DNA of 61,332 nt, the filler included, from Alphaproteobacteria bacterium (GTDB taxonomy: Bacteria; Pseudomonadota; Alphaproteobacteria; Caedimonadales; UBA9215): NCBI GenBank assembly GCA_024280495.1. It is 4 parts of 4 records of this genome, joined end to end, with 100 filler letters (N's around TTAATTAATTAA, not from the genome) between each part and the next. Parts side by side here need not be neighbours in the genome. Positions count along the whole stretch, not along the records: positions 1 to 16,095 come from JAJRPZ010000044.1; 3 more parts are not named here. One strand, 5' to 3'. The notes beneath the pieces are model-generated. The model had not been told where the DNA came from, ran no database searches, and saw only the letters and a list, made by a program, of their open reading frames with translations. Below are positions 1-12,316 of this stretch, piece by piece. A program made the position numbers and the translations under genes. Every line of letters starts with the position of its first letter. The stretch's first letter is position 1.

Positions 1-218
1 CGTTGATCTTTTTTTGCCATATAAAGCTCATCATTAAAGTCATCCTCCCCCGTTCCATGGGGGACTTGCCCTCCAATTTTACAGGGTAAATCAGACGTAT
101 CAAAAGACGTAATGGTATTAATGCCAGATTCACCCTTAATGAGACGATCCCAGGTTGCATTAATGTTTCCAGCCAAAGGGCTAACGGCGCCAATACCAGT
201 AATAACGATGCGTTTCAT
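1..218 (-). CDS. fabF: Beta-ketoacyl-ACP synthase II, 5' part (runs off window)
   Basis: Manual translation from ATG at 218: MKRIVITGIGAVSPLAGNINATWDRLIKGESGI..., a typical FabF N-terminus, directly downstream of acpP. Confidence 0.92.
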   Translation of the reverse strand, partial: MKRIVITGIGAVSPLAGNINATWDRLIKGESGINTITSFDTSDLPCKIGGQVPHGTGEDDFNDELYMAKKDQ

Positions 219-331
219 AAAAGACCTCTAGGTTATTAAAACTATTAATTTTTCACCTTAAAATAACACACCTTGTTTAAATTTAAAGCATGGATATAAA
301 AAGGCATAGTTGATTGTCTATAATAAACATT

Positions 332-376
332 AAAAAAACCACGTTATATCAGGAAGTTCCCTCTAATTAACGTGGC
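332..376 (-). terminator. Probable intrinsic terminator/attenuator after acpP
   Basis: Minus strand gccacgtta...taacgtggt stem followed by a T-run. Confidence 0.5.
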
Positions 377-410
377 TTCTATATAAAATCCTTTTCAAAA
401 AGGAGTCAAG

Positions 411-647
411 TTAAGCTTTTTTCTTAGTGATATAGTCGATGGCAGCACCAACAGTCAATATTGTTTCAGCATCTTCTTCTGGTATTTCAATATCAAATTG
501 AGTTTCAAATTCCATAACCAATTCAACTGTATCCAGGCTATCAGCACCAAGATCATCGATAAAGTGTGCCTTTTCAACAACTTTGGCTTCTTCTACACCC
601 AGGTGTTCAACAACAATTTTTATAACTTCAGCTTTAATATCGCTCAT
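411..647 (-). CDS. acpP: Acyl carrier protein
   Basis: [14 protein letters not shown] phosphopantetheine motif, 78 aa. Confidence 0.98.
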   Translation of the reverse strand: MSDIKAEVIKIVVEHLGVEEAKVVEKAHFIDDLGADSLDTVELVMEFETQFDIEIPEEDAETILTVGAAIDYITKKKA

Positions 648-900
648 AGGTCTACCTATTTTTTGTTTAAAATATACACTCTGTCAGATCATCTTAGAAT
701 CTCATAGTTTCGAGAAGTCTACAATACCTATTCAGAGCGCTTTTTGCTAATGCTTTGACAACGTACATGAGTTGATAAAAAATCTAAAGAGAAAAATGAA
801 GCCTTAAAAAAAACAAAGAAAAAATCATTAACGTTAGTGAAAATTTAAGAATATTTATTGTAGGATGCAAAAGTAAAAAACAGAAAAATGAAACGGAAAA

Positions 901-1341
901 ATGAGACAAATTTTAAGAGCAACATTAATGACCCTCCCCCTTTTAATATTCACGGTAAATACGGGGAGTTGCAGTTTTATTGATAATGAAGATAACATAT
1001 CTCAAAATATTAGAAAAAAAGCTTTGAAAAACGTAGCTTGGTTTTTATATCACGAACCAAATTTTCAAGGGGAAGACGATGCAGATCTAGTTCGTTTTAT
1101 TACTAAAACAAGAGCTGCTTTTCGATCTGAGCGCGGTCAAATACGTCACGACCTTAAATTGATTGCTCGAATTCCTCAAAAAAAACTTCACCTAGACACC
1201 TGGATATCAAAAAAATCCTTCCTCTTTGATGAGTATGCCCCTTCTATCAAAGAAAATTTAAATGACTGGCTAGATTATTGGAGTAGCCCCACTATGAATG
1301 AAATTCGCGGTAAGGTCCTGGTTATTATTGAATCTAATTAA
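901..1341 (+). CDS. Hypothetical protein, possibly exported
   Basis: 146-aa ORF with hydrophobic N-terminus; fills the acpP-atpF gap; no recognisable motif. Confidence 0.6.
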   Translation: MRQILRATLMTLPLLIFTVNTGSCSFIDNEDNISQNIRKKALKNVAWFLYHEPNFQGEDDADLVRFITKTRAAFRSERGQIRHDLKLIARIPQKKLHLDTWISKKSFLFDEYAPSIKENLNDWLDYWSSPTMNEIRGKVLVIIESN

Positions 1342-1813
1342 AATGCTTAATGCGCTTTAATTCATGAAGAGTATATTCAATATTTTTTTCTGCTGATAGG
1401 CCTTTAGATATAAGGGCCTCGGCTGTTTTCATTGCCGTATCAACCATTTGAGACCGAATATCATCCTTTGCAGCAATTTGCATTTCTAGAACACGTTGCG
1501 ATAAAGCCACATTTTGCTTTTCAACGTAAATATCAAAATCCGAAATCATTTTAGCTTGTGTTTTTTCTATTTCAGCCTGAGCATGTTCTAAAATTGCAGT
1601 CGCATCAAATTCAGCCTCTATTTTTTTACGCTCAGCCAAAGCTAAAATTTCTAGTGCCTCTTCTTTTAAAAGTTTAGCCTCCAGTAATTCCTTATTGATA
1701 TTCTCAGATTTGTTTTTTAAAGCCCCAAGAATTATACCCTTAAGAGGTTTTGCAACCAAAGCTATAAAAATAACAAAAGATATTAAGTACCATTGTGTTG
1801 CATCAATCGCCAT
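1334..1813 (-). CDS. atpF: F0 ATP synthase subunit b
   Basis: N-terminal TM (WYLISFVIFIAL) plus coiled coil; last gene of the atpB-atpE-b'-b cluster. Confidence 0.88.
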   Translation of the reverse strand: MAIDATQWYLISFVIFIALVAKPLKGIILGALKNKSENINKELLEAKLLKEEALEILALAERKKIEAEFDATAILEHAQAEIEKTQAKMISDFDIYVEKQNVALSQRVLEMQIAAKDDIRSQMVDTAMKTAEALISKGLSAEKNIEYTLHELKRIKHFN

Positions 1814-2306
1814 TTGCCACCATCACTTTTATATTATTGTTCATATGCTTTTGAATATCAATTTCCGATGCATCAAAGCCCATAATTTTACCAATGATTA
1901 ATTGAGTAACCTTAATGGTATCTTGTTCAACATCTGCAGAAATACGTTCCAAGCTTTTTTTCAATTCAGCTTCGGCTTTCTCCACATTTTTAAGATAACC
2001 TCCATGAAAGATTTTCTTTTTCTGTGCGGCATCTGAGGATATCAAAAATATTTTTTCAGACATCAAGGAATGAGCTTTTATCTTCGCCTCAGAGATATCC
2101 TTGTCATTACCAGTGAAAATTACTTGTGCCTCCGATTGAAAACGATCTGCAGCAATTTTAAAACCATCGGTACGCTGCCAACGCTCATCCAAAATATCAC
2201 GCATACGTGGCACAGAAATTTTCACGGTATAAACCATCAGTATGGTAAAAAAGATAACAAGCCAAAAAATTTGCGATGAAAAAACCGCGAGTTCAAACTG
2301 TGGCAT
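1803..2306 (-). CDS. F0 ATP synthase subunit b'
   Basis: MPQF...SQIFWL signature of alphaproteobacterial b'. Confidence 0.9.
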   Translation of the reverse strand: MPQFELAVFSSQIFWLVIFFTILMVYTVKISVPRMRDILDERWQRTDGFKIAADRFQSEAQVIFTGNDKDISEAKIKAHSLMSEKIFLISSDAAQKKKIFHGGYLKNVEKAEAELKKSLERISADVEQDTIKVTQLIIGKIMGFDASEIDIQKHMNNNIKVMVANGD

Positions 2307-2465
2307 TTAGATCCTCGGATAATAATGACAGGAAATTAAACATCCCCCGTCCTTTTATAATTTTAATCATAGTAGTTCAATTTTCTCCTCAAAAGTGATG
2401 CTAAAAAAACGCCTATTTACTGGCATGAGACATAACAACAACTTGAAAATGGAAAAATGAGCTTA

Positions 2466-2690
2466 TTATTTCAAGAAAATCATGAAGGCAATAACTAAGG
2501 CAAAAATACCCAATCCTTCAGCCAATGCAGCCCCAACGAATGCAAATGTTTGCATGTCATTTTTTGCAGAGGGATTACGGGCAATGGATTCAATAAGGCT
2601 CGCAAACACACGGCCAACTCCCATAGCTGCCCCAATAACACCCAACACGGCAATACCTGCACCAATCATTTTTGCAGCTTCTAATTCCAT
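2466..2690 (-). CDS. atpE: F0 ATP synthase subunit c
   Basis: IGAGIA...ARNP...ALAE with the conserved proton-carrying Glu. Confidence 0.97.
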   Translation of the reverse strand: MELEAAKMIGAGIAVLGVIGAAMGVGRVFASLIESIARNPSAKNDMQTFAFVGAALAEGLGIFALVIAFMIFLK

Positions 2691-2725
2691 TTTATGTCTC
2701 CAATTTTTATTATCATTAAGGTTAA

Positions 2726-3454
2726 TTAGTGTAAATTGATCGAATCATTCAAGTAGATACAGATCAAAATGGTAAAAATATAGGCTTGTAAGGCAGCAAC
2801 AAAAAATTCAAACCCAACAAAAAGCACATTAAATAAAGCTGGTAGAAAACCGAAATAAACACCAACCATAACGCTAAATCCTGCAAAAACCTTTAAAATC
2901 ACATGCCCAGCCATCATGTTCAAAAACAAACGTAGGGATAAAGTAAAAGGACGCACCAGATAAGAGACGAGCTCGAGAAACACCAACAATGGCGCCAACG
3001 CCTTGGGGGCACCTGCTGGCAAAAATAGGCTCAAGAAATGAAGACCATGGTTCATGAATCCAATAATTGTAATCACTATAAAAAAGAACATAGCCAGTGT
3101 TAACGTCACAGCAAAATGACTCGTTATAGTAAAACTATAAGGGAGCATGCCCAACAAATTTGAGAATAAGACAAACATAAAAACCGTAAAAATAAAGGGG
3201 GCATAAGCTTTACCACCTTTACCAATGGTATCACCAATCATAGACGTGATAAAATCATAAGACGTTTCAAGGAGAAGCTGAAGCTTTCCTGGAATGACAC
3301 TCGCCCGACGCAAGGCAAAATGTTGGAAAAGAATAAGAGATACGGTCGCAATGGCAAGCCAGAGAGTTGCATTTGTAATGGAAATATTAACGCCAAACAT
3401 CTCAAGGGGTACTATTTCCTTAATTTTGAATTGATCCATTGGACCAGACATCAC
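2726..3454 (-). CDS. atpB: F0 ATP synthase subunit a
   Basis: PMDQF, SNLLGMLPYSFT, RPFTLSLRLFLNMMAGH, LQAYIF motifs. Confidence 0.97.
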   Translation of the reverse strand: MMSGPMDQFKIKEIVPLEMFGVNISITNATLWLAIATVSLILFQHFALRRASVIPGKLQLLLETSYDFITSMIGDTIGKGGKAYAPFIFTVFMFVLFSNLLGMLPYSFTITSHFAVTLTLAMFFFIVITIIGFMNHGLHFLSLFLPAGAPKALAPLLVFLELVSYLVRPFTLSLRLFLNMMAGHVILKVFAGFSVMVGVYFGFLPALFNVLFVGFEFFVAALQAYIFTILICIYLNDSINLH

Positions 3455-3485
3455 GCATTCCTGTATTTATTTAAAAGTTACCTTG

Positions 3486-3514
3486 AAGATACCCCTTGGA
3501 TTCTCTGACGTCAA
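3486..3514 (-). promoter_or_regulatory. Putative sigma70 promoter for atpB
   Basis: TTGACG-N17-TATCTT on the minus strand, about 30 bp upstream of atpB. Confidence 0.5.
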
Positions 3515-3559
3515 TTGGGGGAATGGGGTTTTTATTAAGTTTTTTAAAAAGATTTCCAA

Positions 3560-4054
3560 TTATGAATGATATTTTTTTTCACGTTCAATGTTTTCAGCCA
3601 ACAACTCTTCCCAACGATCACCATTATCAAGAAGTTTATCTTTTGTATAAAAAAGCTCTTCACGGGTAAAGGTTGAAAATTCATAATTGGGACCTTCAAC
3701 AATGGAATCCACGGGACATGACTCTTGACAAAGCCCACAATATATACATTTTGTCATATCAATATCATAGCGAACGGTACGTCTACTACCGTCCCCTTCA
3801 CGGGGGCCTGATTCAATGGTAATGGCTTGTGCAGGACACACTGCTTCGCATAACTTACAAGAAATACAACGTTCCTCACCATTTGGATAGCGACGTAAAG
3901 CGTGTTCAGCACGGAATCTCGGAGAAAGCGGGCCTTTTTCATGGGGATAATTCAAAGTCACCTTAGGCTTAAAAAAATATTTTAATGTGAGACTCATCCC
4001 AGAAATAATATCAAAGAGACCAAAGGCTTTTATATGTTGCATCAGACGTGACAT
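3560..4054 (-). CDS. nuoI: NADH-quinone oxidoreductase subunit I
   Basis: Two CxxCxxCxxxCP 4Fe-4S motifs; [10 protein letters not shown]. Confidence 0.98.
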   Translation of the reverse strand: MSRLMQHIKAFGLFDIISGMSLTLKYFFKPKVTLNYPHEKGPLSPRFRAEHALRRYPNGEERCISCKLCEAVCPAQAITIESGPREGDGSRRTVRYDIDMTKCIYCGLCQESCPVDSIVEGPNYEFSTFTREELFYTKDKLLDNGDRWEELLAENIEREKKYHS

Positions 4055-4073
4055 ATTTTATCTCCCAACGAAT

Positions 4074-5108
4074 TTATGACGGTAAATTATTAGTAAAAAC
4101 AAGAAAGCTTGCCGTTAAAACAACCCATGCCAACGAGAAAGGTAAAAACACTTTCCACCCCAAACGCATAAGTTGGTCATAACGATAGCGCGGTAAACTG
4201 GCACGCACCCACAAGAAACAAAAAAGAACAAAGGCAATTTTCAAAGCAAACCAAACAAATCCAGGAATCCAGGTGAAAATGGCATAATCCGCAGGCGGCA
4301 ACCACCCCCCTAAGAAAAGGATTGTTGTCATAGCGCTCATTAAGATCATATTGGCATATTCACCCAAAAAAAAGAGAGCAAAGGGCATAGAAGAATATTC
4401 AACGTTATACCCAGAAACAAGTTCTGCTTCAGCTTCGGGTAAATCAAAGGGGGCTCGATTTGTTTCTGCCAATGTTGAGATAAAAAACATAATCATCATG
4501 GGGAACATGGGAATAGCATACCACATGCCTTTTTGCGCCATGACAATATCAGTAAGGTTCAAAGACCCGACACACATCAATACACTAACGATGATAAGGC
4601 CCATGGAAACCTCATAAGATACCATTTGTGCAGCAGAACGCATTGCACCTAAAAAAGGATATTTTGAGTTGCTGGACCAACCTGCAATAATAACGCCATA
4701 AACTTCGAGGGATGAAATGGCAAATAAGAAAAGAATACCAACATTAATATCTGCCAACACAACCCCTTCACCAAATGGAATCACGGACCAAGCAATGAGT
4801 GACAATGTAAATGTGATCACTGGTGCCATAAGAAATAAAAGAGGATTAGCACGTGTTGGAATAATTATTTCCTTATGCATCAATTTCACAGCATCGGCAA
4901 TGGGTTGCAAAAGTCCAAAAGGTCCTACCACATTGGGGCCTTTTCGCAATTGCATAAACCCAATAACTTTACGTTCAGCATAGGTCAAATACGCAACGGA
5001 TATGACCAAAGGCAAAACAATCAAAAGAATGTACCCAAGATTTATGGCACCATAAATTATGGCCTCAAGCCAAGATTCAGATAAGACTTCAGGAATCATT
5101 TCAAGCAC
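4074..5108 (-). CDS. nuoH: NADH-quinone oxidoreductase subunit H
   Basis: [37 protein letters not shown]. Confidence 0.98.
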   Translation of the reverse strand: MLEMIPEVLSESWLEAIIYGAINLGYILLIVLPLVISVAYLTYAERKVIGFMQLRKGPNVVGPFGLLQPIADAVKLMHKEIIIPTRANPLLFLMAPVITFTLSLIAWSVIPFGEGVVLADINVGILFLFAISSLEVYGVIIAGWSSNSKYPFLGAMRSAAQMVSYEVSMGLIIVSVLMCVGSLNLTDIVMAQKGMWYAIPMFPMMIMFFISTLAETNRAPFDLPEAEAELVSGYNVEYSSMPFALFFLGEYANMILMSAMTTILFLGGWLPPADYAIFTWIPGFVWFALKIAFVLFCFLWVRASLPRYRYDQLMRLGWKVFLPFSLAWVVLTASFLVFTNNLPS

Positions 5109-7191
5109 TGATCATCTCCTTTTGAGGTTGGGCCACTAATTCTTGCTGACACTTTGCCATGGTTGGCGAATGACTCGCAATCAAATTGGACATATAAAAA
5201 TTAAAAGGAGATGGCGTAAAGGTCTCATTTCCAAAATCCATCGAAGAATTAAGGGGAAGCCATTTTTCTGGTACCACCTTATCCAATGTTGCAAAAATTT
5301 TGTTTTGCTTAACCATACGCGCGCGAAGCTCCTCAATGGAGTCATAGGGTAAAACATCGCAAACTCCAGCCTTTTTAAGATCTGCGGACAGGGCCCTTAT
5401 AATACGCCAATCTTCTTTGGCACCTTCTGGTGGCGCAAGCGCAGTATAAGTTCGTTGCACTCGACCTTCTATATTTACATAAGTCGCATTTTTTTCAGTG
5501 TACGCAGCTCCTGGTAAAATAACATCAGCATTATGTGCACCAACATCACCGTGGTGACCTTGATAAATTTTAAAAGCAGACTTCGTTTTCGTGGAACAAA
5601 TTTCTCCATCCACCCCTAACAAATAAAGAATTTTAACATCACCAGAGGCACAGGCGTCTTCGATTTCCATTTTATTCATACCACCTTCTTGGGGCACAAA
5701 ACCGATATCCAGGGCACCAACTCTCGAAGCGGATTTATGAAGAACATTAAAGCCATTCCATTCTTCTTTGACCATATTAAATGTTTCCGCAAGATCCGAT
5801 GCTTTTTCAAGAAAAACCTGACCATCAGAATGCTGTAATGCATCGCTACCCACAATGAGCATAGGACGTTTTGCATCTTTTAGTTTTTTTGAAAAGGAAT
5901 GTTGACCCGAAAGAATATCATTCAAAACCGCTGGATCATCACCAAGGTTTTCATAAGCCAATGTTAAATCACGATTTTCATCAAGCTCTCCACCAACATA
6001 GGCCACACTAAGACCGCCACGAAGATAACGCTTTCGAAGTCTTGCCATCAATAGGGCTGCATCGGCACGAATATTTGCCCCAATAATCAACACAGCATCG
6101 GCGTCTTCAATACCTTTGATAGAGGTATTGAAAAGGTAATGTGATCTTGATTCAGTAGATAAGTGGGCACCATCCAAAATGGCATCAATATGAGGAGAGC
6201 CAATTTCCTTCATCAAATCTTTCAAGGCCATCATAGATTCACAATCTGCAAAATCTCCAGCAAGGGCAGCAATTTTTTGAGGTTCCGTCTTTTTAAGTTT
6301 GAGCTTAATTTTATGAAAGGCTTCCTCAAAGGTTGCTGGACGCAACTGACCTTTTTCACGGATATAGGGTTGATCTAAACGCTGTAATGCCAAAGCATCA
6401 CAGGCATGACGTGTTTTATCAGAAATCCATTCTTCATTGATTCCCTCATGAACACGAGGCAAAATACGGCGAACTTTCATACCACTTGTGTGAATGGAAA
6501 TATTACTACCAAGGGCATCATGAACATCAATGGAATTAGTACGGCGAAGTTCCCAAGGGCGACCCTGAAAGGAATAAGGAGCGGATGTCAACGCCCCCAC
6601 AGGGCAAACATCCACTAAGTTTCCAGCAAGTTCAGTTTTAATAGATGCATCAAGATACGTTGTAATTTCAACATTTTCACCACGGGCAATGCCGCCTAAT
6701 TCTGATGTGCCACCGATACGGTCCGCAAAACGAACACATCTCGTACAATGAATACAACGAGTCATGAAGGATTTAATCAAAGGCCCCATTGTTTTTTGAG
6801 GGACCGCACGCTTTGATAGATCATAACGACTTTCACCGCGGCCATAGGAAAAGGTAATGTCTTGCAAATCACATTCACCACCCTGATCACAAATGGGACA
6901 ATCCAACGGATGATGCATCAATAAAAATTCCAAAACCCCCTCACGGGCTTTTTTTACTGCTGGCGTGTTTGTGTGAATTTCCATACCATCCATAACGGGC
7001 ATGGCACAACTGGCTATAGGTTTTGGTGCGCCTTTTTGCTCCACTAAACACATGCGACAATTTCCAGCAATATCAAGGCGCTCATGGTAACAAAACACTG
7101 GAATTTCCGTATCCAAACGCCGTGCTGCTTGAAGAACTGTGGTTCCTGCTTCTACTTCTATTTCACGACCATCAATGGTTAATTTTGGCAT
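5101..7191 (-). CDS. nuoG: NADH-quinone oxidoreductase subunit G
   Basis: [35 protein letters not shown]. Confidence 0.98.
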   Translation of the reverse strand: MPKLTIDGREIEVEAGTTVLQAARRLDTEIPVFCYHERLDIAGNCRMCLVEQKGAPKPIASCAMPVMDGMEIHTNTPAVKKAREGVLEFLLMHHPLDCPICDQGGECDLQDITFSYGRGESRYDLSKRAVPQKTMGPLIKSFMTRCIHCTRCVRFADRIGGTSELGGIARGENVEITTYLDASIKTELAGNLVDVCPVGALTSAPYSFQGRPWELRRTNSIDVHDALGSNISIHTSGMKVRRILPRVHEGINEEWISDKTRHACDALALQRLDQPYIREKGQLRPATFEEAFHKIKLKLKKTEPQKIAALAGDFADCESMMALKDLMKEIGSPHIDAILDGAHLSTESRSHYLFNTSIKGIEDADAVLIIGANIRADAALLMARLRKRYLRGGLSVAYVGGELDENRDLTLAYENLGDDPAVLNDILSGQHSFSKKLKDAKRPMLIVGSDALQHSDGQVFLEKASDLAETFNMVKEEWNGFNVLHKSASRVGALDIGFVPQEGGMNKMEIEDACASGDVKILYLLGVDGEICSTKTKSAFKIYQGHHGDVGAHNADVILPGAAYTEKNATYVNIEGRVQRTYTALAPPEGAKEDWRIIRALSADLKKAGVCDVLPYDSIEELRARMVKQNKIFATLDKVVPEKWLPLNSSMDFGNETFTPSPFNFYMSNLIASHSPTMAKCQQELVAQPQKEMISA

Positions 7192-7217
7192 ATTAAGCTC
7201 TTATTTCTAATTAAATA

Positions 7218-8483
7218 TTATGCTGCAACCAAACGGATGCGGCGTTCTAGTTCAGGTCTAAAATGTTTCAGTAATCCTTGTATGGGCCAAGCTGCAGCAT
7301 CCCCAAGTGCACAAATAGTATGACCTTCTATTTGATAGGTAAGCTCTTCAAGCTTATCAATATCAGAAAGAACGGCATTACCATTACCGATATTACGCAG
7401 CAAACGCCACACCCATCCCGTACCTTCGCGACACGGCGTACATTGACCACAACTTTCATGCATATAAAAATGAGACAGACGCACAATAGCTTCCACAATG
7501 TCTGTGGATCGATCCATCACAATAAGAGACGCCGTTCCAAGGCCCGTACCAACACTGCGCAAAGACTCAAAATCCATAGTCATTGTTTCGCAAATATCCT
7601 TTGGCAACATGGGTGTTGAGGACCCTCCAGGAATCACCGCCAGCAAATTATCCCACCCGCCACGTACGCCGCCAGCATGTTTTTCAATGAGGGTTTTCAT
7701 GGAAATGCCCATTTCTTCCTCAACATTACAAGGGGTATTTACGTGACCAGAAATGCAAAAAACTTTACTGCCCGTGCTATCAGGACGACCAAGGGATGCA
7801 AACCACGCCCCCCCTCGCCTTAAAATTTCAGGAACAACGGCAATGGTTTCAACATTATTCACCGTTGTTGGACAACCATACAAACCACAATTTGCTGGAA
7901 AAGGTGGTTTTAAGCGCGGCATGCCTTTTTTGCCCTCAAGGCTTTGAATCAAGGCTGATTCTTCACCGCAAATATAGGCACCAGCCCCCCGATGCACATA
8001 AAGGTCAAAATCATACCCACCATTCGCTGCATTTTTTCCCAACAAACCTGCAGCATAAGCCTCATCAATGGCTTTTTGCAACGCAAGTGCCTCTGCATAA
8101 TATTCTCCGCGGATATAAATATAACCCGCATTGGCCCCAATGGCGACACCTGCATAAAGAGCTCCCTCTATAAGTTTGTGAGGTTCATGGCGCATAATAT
8201 CACGATCTTTACAAGTGCCAGGTTCGCTTTCATCCGCGTTAATGATAATATAAGACGGTAAAGGGGCGTCTTTTGGCATAAAAGACCATTTGCGTCCCGT
8301 TGAAAAACCCGCACCACCACGACCCCGAAGACCAGAAGCCAGAACTTCATTAACAATCCACTGACGACCTTTTTGGACAAAGGTATCAGCCGCAACCCAG
8401 TCACCACGTTTTCGGGCAGCCTCAAGGCTGGGCGATTTAACACCATACAAATTTTGAAAAATACGATTTTTATTATCAAGCAT
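7218..8483 (-). CDS. nuoF: NADH-quinone oxidoreductase subunit F
   Basis: [33 protein letters not shown]. Confidence 0.98.
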   Translation of the reverse strand: MLDNKNRIFQNLYGVKSPSLEAARKRGDWVAADTFVQKGRQWIVNEVLASGLRGRGGAGFSTGRKWSFMPKDAPLPSYIIINADESEPGTCKDRDIMRHEPHKLIEGALYAGVAIGANAGYIYIRGEYYAEALALQKAIDEAYAAGLLGKNAANGGYDFDLYVHRGAGAYICGEESALIQSLEGKKGMPRLKPPFPANCGLYGCPTTVNNVETIAVVPEILRRGGAWFASLGRPDSTGSKVFCISGHVNTPCNVEEEMGISMKTLIEKHAGGVRGGWDNLLAVIPGGSSTPMLPKDICETMTMDFESLRSVGTGLGTASLIVMDRSTDIVEAIVRLSHFYMHESCGQCTPCREGTGWVWRLLRNIGNGNAVLSDIDKLEELTYQIEGHTICALGDAAAWPIQGLLKHFRPELERRIRLVAA

Positions 8484-9100
8484 TATGATTGCCCTTTCTC
8501 AGCCTTAGTATCAATACCAGTTAAAGCACCCGTGATAGGCGCTGAGTTTAAACGATTCACTTGCGGGCCAATACTGTGGTTTTTTCCAGCCTTCAAATCT
8601 TCAATGATATTTTTCATTTTTTCAGCATCGAGATCCTCATAGTAATCATCATTGATCTGAACCATGGGTGCGTTCACACAGGCCCCCAAACACTCAACCT
8701 CCATCAATGAAAACAAACCATCCTTTGAGGGTCGACCAACATCTGCCCCTGAATATTTACGGCAAGACGATAAAACTTCTTCAGAACCCCGAAGCCAACA
8801 GCTGGTGGTCCGACAAACCTGAATGAGATGTTTACCAACGGGTTCGAGGTTATACATGGTATAAAAACTAGCTACTTCCCAAACTTTAATCACTGGCATT
8901 TTCAATGTTGCCGCAATTGTTTCAATAGCTTCTTTTGAAATCCAACCTGCATTTTGACGTTGCGCTAAATCGAGGGCTGGCATCACAGCACTGGCACCAC
9001 GACCATCTGGATATTTAGAAATATGCTTATCAAGCTCTTCTTTATTTTCTTTTGAAAAAACAAAAGGAACCTTAGCTTCAACCAATTTATTACGATTCAT
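8483..9100 (-). CDS. nuoE: NADH-quinone oxidoreductase subunit E
   Basis: CRTTSC...[10 protein letters not shown] 2Fe-2S ligands. Confidence 0.97.
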   Translation of the reverse strand: MNRNKLVEAKVPFVFSKENKEELDKHISKYPDGRGASAVMPALDLAQRQNAGWISKEAIETIAATLKMPVIKVWEVASFYTMYNLEPVGKHLIQVCRTTSCWLRGSEEVLSSCRKYSGADVGRPSKDGLFSLMEVECLGACVNAPMVQINDDYYEDLDAEKMKNIIEDLKAGKNHSIGPQVNRLNSAPITGALTGIDTKAEKGQS

Positions 9101-10281
9101 CGATCAACTTCTCCAAATACAATATCCATGGACCCAATAATAGCGGGAATATCCGCTAACATATGTCCTTTTGACATAAATTCCATACCTTGCATAAAGG
9201 CAAAACCAGGTGCCCGAATTTTACAACGATAAGGTTTGTTTGACCCATCGGAAATTAAATACACACCAAACTCACCCTTCGGTGCTTCAACAGCTGTATA
9301 TGTCTCTCCAGCGGGCACATGATAGCCTTCTGTATACAACTTAAAATGGTGAATCATAGATTCCATAGAAGTCTTCATGTCCTGACGATTAGGGGGCGAA
9401 ACCTTGTGGTTTTTCGTGCGGTAATCTCCGTCGGGCATGTGGAGTAAGCACTGACGCATAATGTGAAGGCTTTGACGCATTTCTTCAACACGCACCAGGT
9501 AGCGATCGTAACAATCACCATGGCTGCCCGTTGGCACTTTGAAATCAACTTTATCATAGGCGTCGTAGGGTTGTGAGCGGCGCAAATCCCAAGGCACATC
9601 CGAGGCACGCAACATAGGTCCAGTAAAACCCCAATCAAGAGCTTGCTCTTTGGTTACCACGCCAATATCAACGGTTCTTTGCTTGAAAATTCGGTTGTCT
9701 GTGAGCATACGCTCCATATCATCAATGAAAATTGTATGGTAATCGATAAACGCATGAATATCCTCAATCAATCCAACGGGAAGGTCATGGGCAACACCGC
9801 CAGGTCTAAAATAGTTAGCATGTAACCTTGCACCCGAAACACGTTCATAAAAATTCATGAGCTTTTCACGTTCTTCAAACCCCCAAAGCAACGGGGTCAT
9901 AGCCCCAACATCAAGTGCATAAGTGGTAAGGTTCAAAATATGGTTAAGGAGCCTTGAAATTTCGGAAAAAAGAACTCGAATATATTGGGCTCGCAATGGC
10001 ACATCAATACCAAGAAGTTTTTCCGTTCCTAGGGCAAAGGCATGTTCTTGACACATAGGAGCTACATAATCCAGTCGGTCGAAATAAGGAACGGCCTGAA
10101 GATAAGTTTTGTGCTCAATCAGTTTTTCAGTACCTCGGTGTAAAAAACCAATATGTGGATCAGCGCGTTCGACAACTTCCCCATCTAATTCAAGTACGAG
10201 ACGCAAAACACCGTGTGCTGCTGGGTGTTGAGGACCAAAATTCAATTGATAAGTTGAATCACTTTTGGATAAATTAGACAT
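9097..10281 (-). CDS. nuoD: NADH-quinone oxidoreductase subunit D
   Basis: [30 protein letters not shown]. Confidence 0.98.
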   Translation of the reverse strand: MSNLSKSDSTYQLNFGPQHPAAHGVLRLVLELDGEVVERADPHIGFLHRGTEKLIEHKTYLQAVPYFDRLDYVAPMCQEHAFALGTEKLLGIDVPLRAQYIRVLFSEISRLLNHILNLTTYALDVGAMTPLLWGFEEREKLMNFYERVSGARLHANYFRPGGVAHDLPVGLIEDIHAFIDYHTIFIDDMERMLTDNRIFKQRTVDIGVVTKEQALDWGFTGPMLRASDVPWDLRRSQPYDAYDKVDFKVPTGSHGDCYDRYLVRVEEMRQSLHIMRQCLLHMPDGDYRTKNHKVSPPNRQDMKTSMESMIHHFKLYTEGYHVPAGETYTAVEAPKGEFGVYLISDGSNKPYRCKIRAPGFAFMQGMEFMSKGHMLADIPAIIGSMDIVFGEVDR

Positions 10282-10284
10282 TTT

Positions 10285-10965
10285 TTATTTCCCTCCCACG
10301 GTAGCAGACTTCGTTCCCGTAGACTCGGACTCACTATCCCCTGAAGCTTTTTCATCACCAGGCAAATGAACACGTAAATCTTGAGTCATTCCTTCCCACG
10401 GACTTAACATATCAAAACTACGGTATTCTTGAGGTAAGTTTACTGGATTGGTAACAACACGTTTTTGTTCCGAATCATAAAGAGGCTCAACAAAACCAGA
10501 AAGAGGAAAATCCTTTCGCAAGGGATGACCATCAAAATCATAATCCGTTAAAATACGCCGTAAATCGGGGTGATCGGCGAACTGAATCCCATAAAGATCC
10601 CATGCTTCACGCTCATACCAATTAGCTGCACTAAAAACATTAGCACATGAGGAAATCATTTCGCCCTCATTCAAATAAACCTTAACGCGGATACGCATAT
10701 TGTATCGATAGGACAAAAGATGATAGACCACGTCAAAACGAGATTTGCGACTTACATGAGTCGTTCCTAAATAATCAACGGCACATAAATCCGTCAATTG
10801 TTTAAACTTCATGTCTTTTTGATCACGAAGGTACATTAAAACATCAATAATTTTATCGACTTGAACGACAATAGAGAGCTCTAACCCATCCTTATGGGAC
10901 CCTTCTATGGAAGAGGTAAATTTCTTTTTTAGATTTGTATAAACATGATCAAGTGTTTGTAGCAT
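10285..10965 (-). CDS. nuoC: NADH-quinone oxidoreductase subunit C
   Basis: EREAWDLYG...[20 protein letters not shown]. Confidence 0.97.
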   Translation of the reverse strand: MLQTLDHVYTNLKKKFTSSIEGSHKDGLELSIVVQVDKIIDVLMYLRDQKDMKFKQLTDLCAVDYLGTTHVSRKSRFDVVYHLLSYRYNMRIRVKVYLNEGEMISSCANVFSAANWYEREAWDLYGIQFADHPDLRRILTDYDFDGHPLRKDFPLSGFVEPLYDSEQKRVVTNPVNLPQEYRSFDMLSPWEGMTQDLRVHLPGDEKASGDSESESTGTKSATVGGK

Positions 10966-10987
10966 CGTTTTACTTATCTTTTCTTAT

Positions 10988-11092
10988 TATAATTAATTAT
11001 CTTTACGTTTATACTTTATTGTTGCGCTCCGTTGCTATAAGTATAGCCGCTATTCCTTACGCCTCGTGTAAACAAAAAACTAATCAACTACA
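10988..11092 (-). repeat. Palindromic repeat family B, full copy (~105 bp)
   Basis: Reverse complement tgtagttgattagttttttgtttacacgaggcgtaagg...ggctatacttatagc..ggagcgca...aaagtataaacgtaaagataattaattata aligns with 36361-36466 and 16045-16095. Confidence 0.9.
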
Positions 11093-11737
11093 TCTTGTTA
11101 AAATACGTTTTCCTTGACTGCGAATTTTCTTTTGCAGCAACATAATGCCATATAATAGAGCCTCAGCCGTTGGCGGACACCCAGGAACATAAACATCCAC
11201 TGGCACAATGCGATCACACCCGCGGGTTACTGCATAAGAATAATGATAATAACCACCACCATTAGCACAGGATCCCATGGACAAAACATAACGTGGCTCT
11301 GCCATTTGGTCATAAACCTTACGAAAAGCGGGCGCCATTTTATTTGTCAAAGTTCCAGCAACAATGAGTAAGTCCGATTGACGAGGACTTGGACGAAATA
11401 CGGATCCAATACGATCTAAGTCATAGCGACTAGAAGCACATTGCATCATTTCCACAGCACAGCAAGCCAAGCCAAAAGTCATGGGCCACAAAGAGCCTGC
11501 TTGCGCCCATGCCGCAACTTCATCTAATTTTGCAAGGACATAGCCTTTATCTGACGTTTCTTTTTGCAAGTGTTCGGTGACTTCAGTCGCAGATAAGTTT
11601 TTCAATTTATCGGACATGATATTAAATGGCGCCTTTGCAATTAAAGGCTTTGCCGTGATAAGGTTGCTTGACTTGATAGTGTCAGACAATTTCTCCTTAG
11701 AAAGGGTCGTTAATGTTGACTTTTTATTTATTCCCAT
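11084..11737 (-). CDS. nuoB: NADH-quinone oxidoreductase subunit B
   Basis: [26 protein letters not shown]; start taken at the ATG overlapping the nuoA end (MGINK...). Confidence 0.96.
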   Translation of the reverse strand: MGINKKSTLTTLSKEKLSDTIKSSNLITAKPLIAKAPFNIMSDKLKNLSATEVTEHLQKETSDKGYVLAKLDEVAAWAQAGSLWPMTFGLACCAVEMMQCASSRYDLDRIGSVFRPSPRQSDLLIVAGTLTNKMAPAFRKVYDQMAEPRYVLSMGSCANGGGYYHYSYAVTRGCDRIVPVDVYVPGCPPTAEALLYGIMLLQKKIRSQGKRILTRCS

Positions 11738-12138
11738 TCCAAGGCTCCTTTTTTCCACTCATAGATAAATCCAACGGTTAAAACGCCCAAGAAAACCATC
11801 ATAGACCAAAAACCTGTCATTCCTTGTTCAGAAAGGGTGATGGCCCAAGGGAATAAAAAGGCAACTTCGAGATCAAAAATAATAAAGAGAATAGCGACAA
11901 GATAAAACCGAACATCAAATTTAATACGTGCATCGGAAAAGGGTTCAAAACCACATTCATAAGGGGCATTTTTTTCAGGGTAAGGGCGCCTTGGCCCACG
12001 CAGAAAACCAATGGCAATCATAACAACAGAGAGCGCAACGGCAACGCCCAAAAACATAAGAATGGGAAAATATTCCCGAATTAACTCTGGTGCAGATGCC
12101 AGAGAAACCAGGTCAAGTGAGGTATCAAAGGTTTCCAT
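11728..12138 (-). CDS. nuoA: NADH-quinone oxidoreductase subunit A
   Basis: [29 protein letters not shown]. Confidence 0.97.
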   Translation of the reverse strand: METFDTSLDLVSLASAPELIREYFPILMFLGVAVALSVVMIAIGFLRGPRRPYPEKNAPYECGFEPFSDARIKFDVRFYLVAILFIIFDLEVAFLFPWAITLSEQGMTGFWSMMVFLGVLTVGFIYEWKKGALEWE

Positions 12139-12316
12139 AGAAACTATTTATCTTTAATCTTTTCTTTAAAGTGTACCTTGTTTTCAAAACATCTCCTATA
12201 GGTGATTTTCGAGTTTTTTTTGAAATTAACGCACACTAATATAAAACTCATACCTTTTCTTCTTTTAAAAATAAGTCTATTCTTTTTTAGTGATTGAATA
12301 AACAGGATAGACAACC

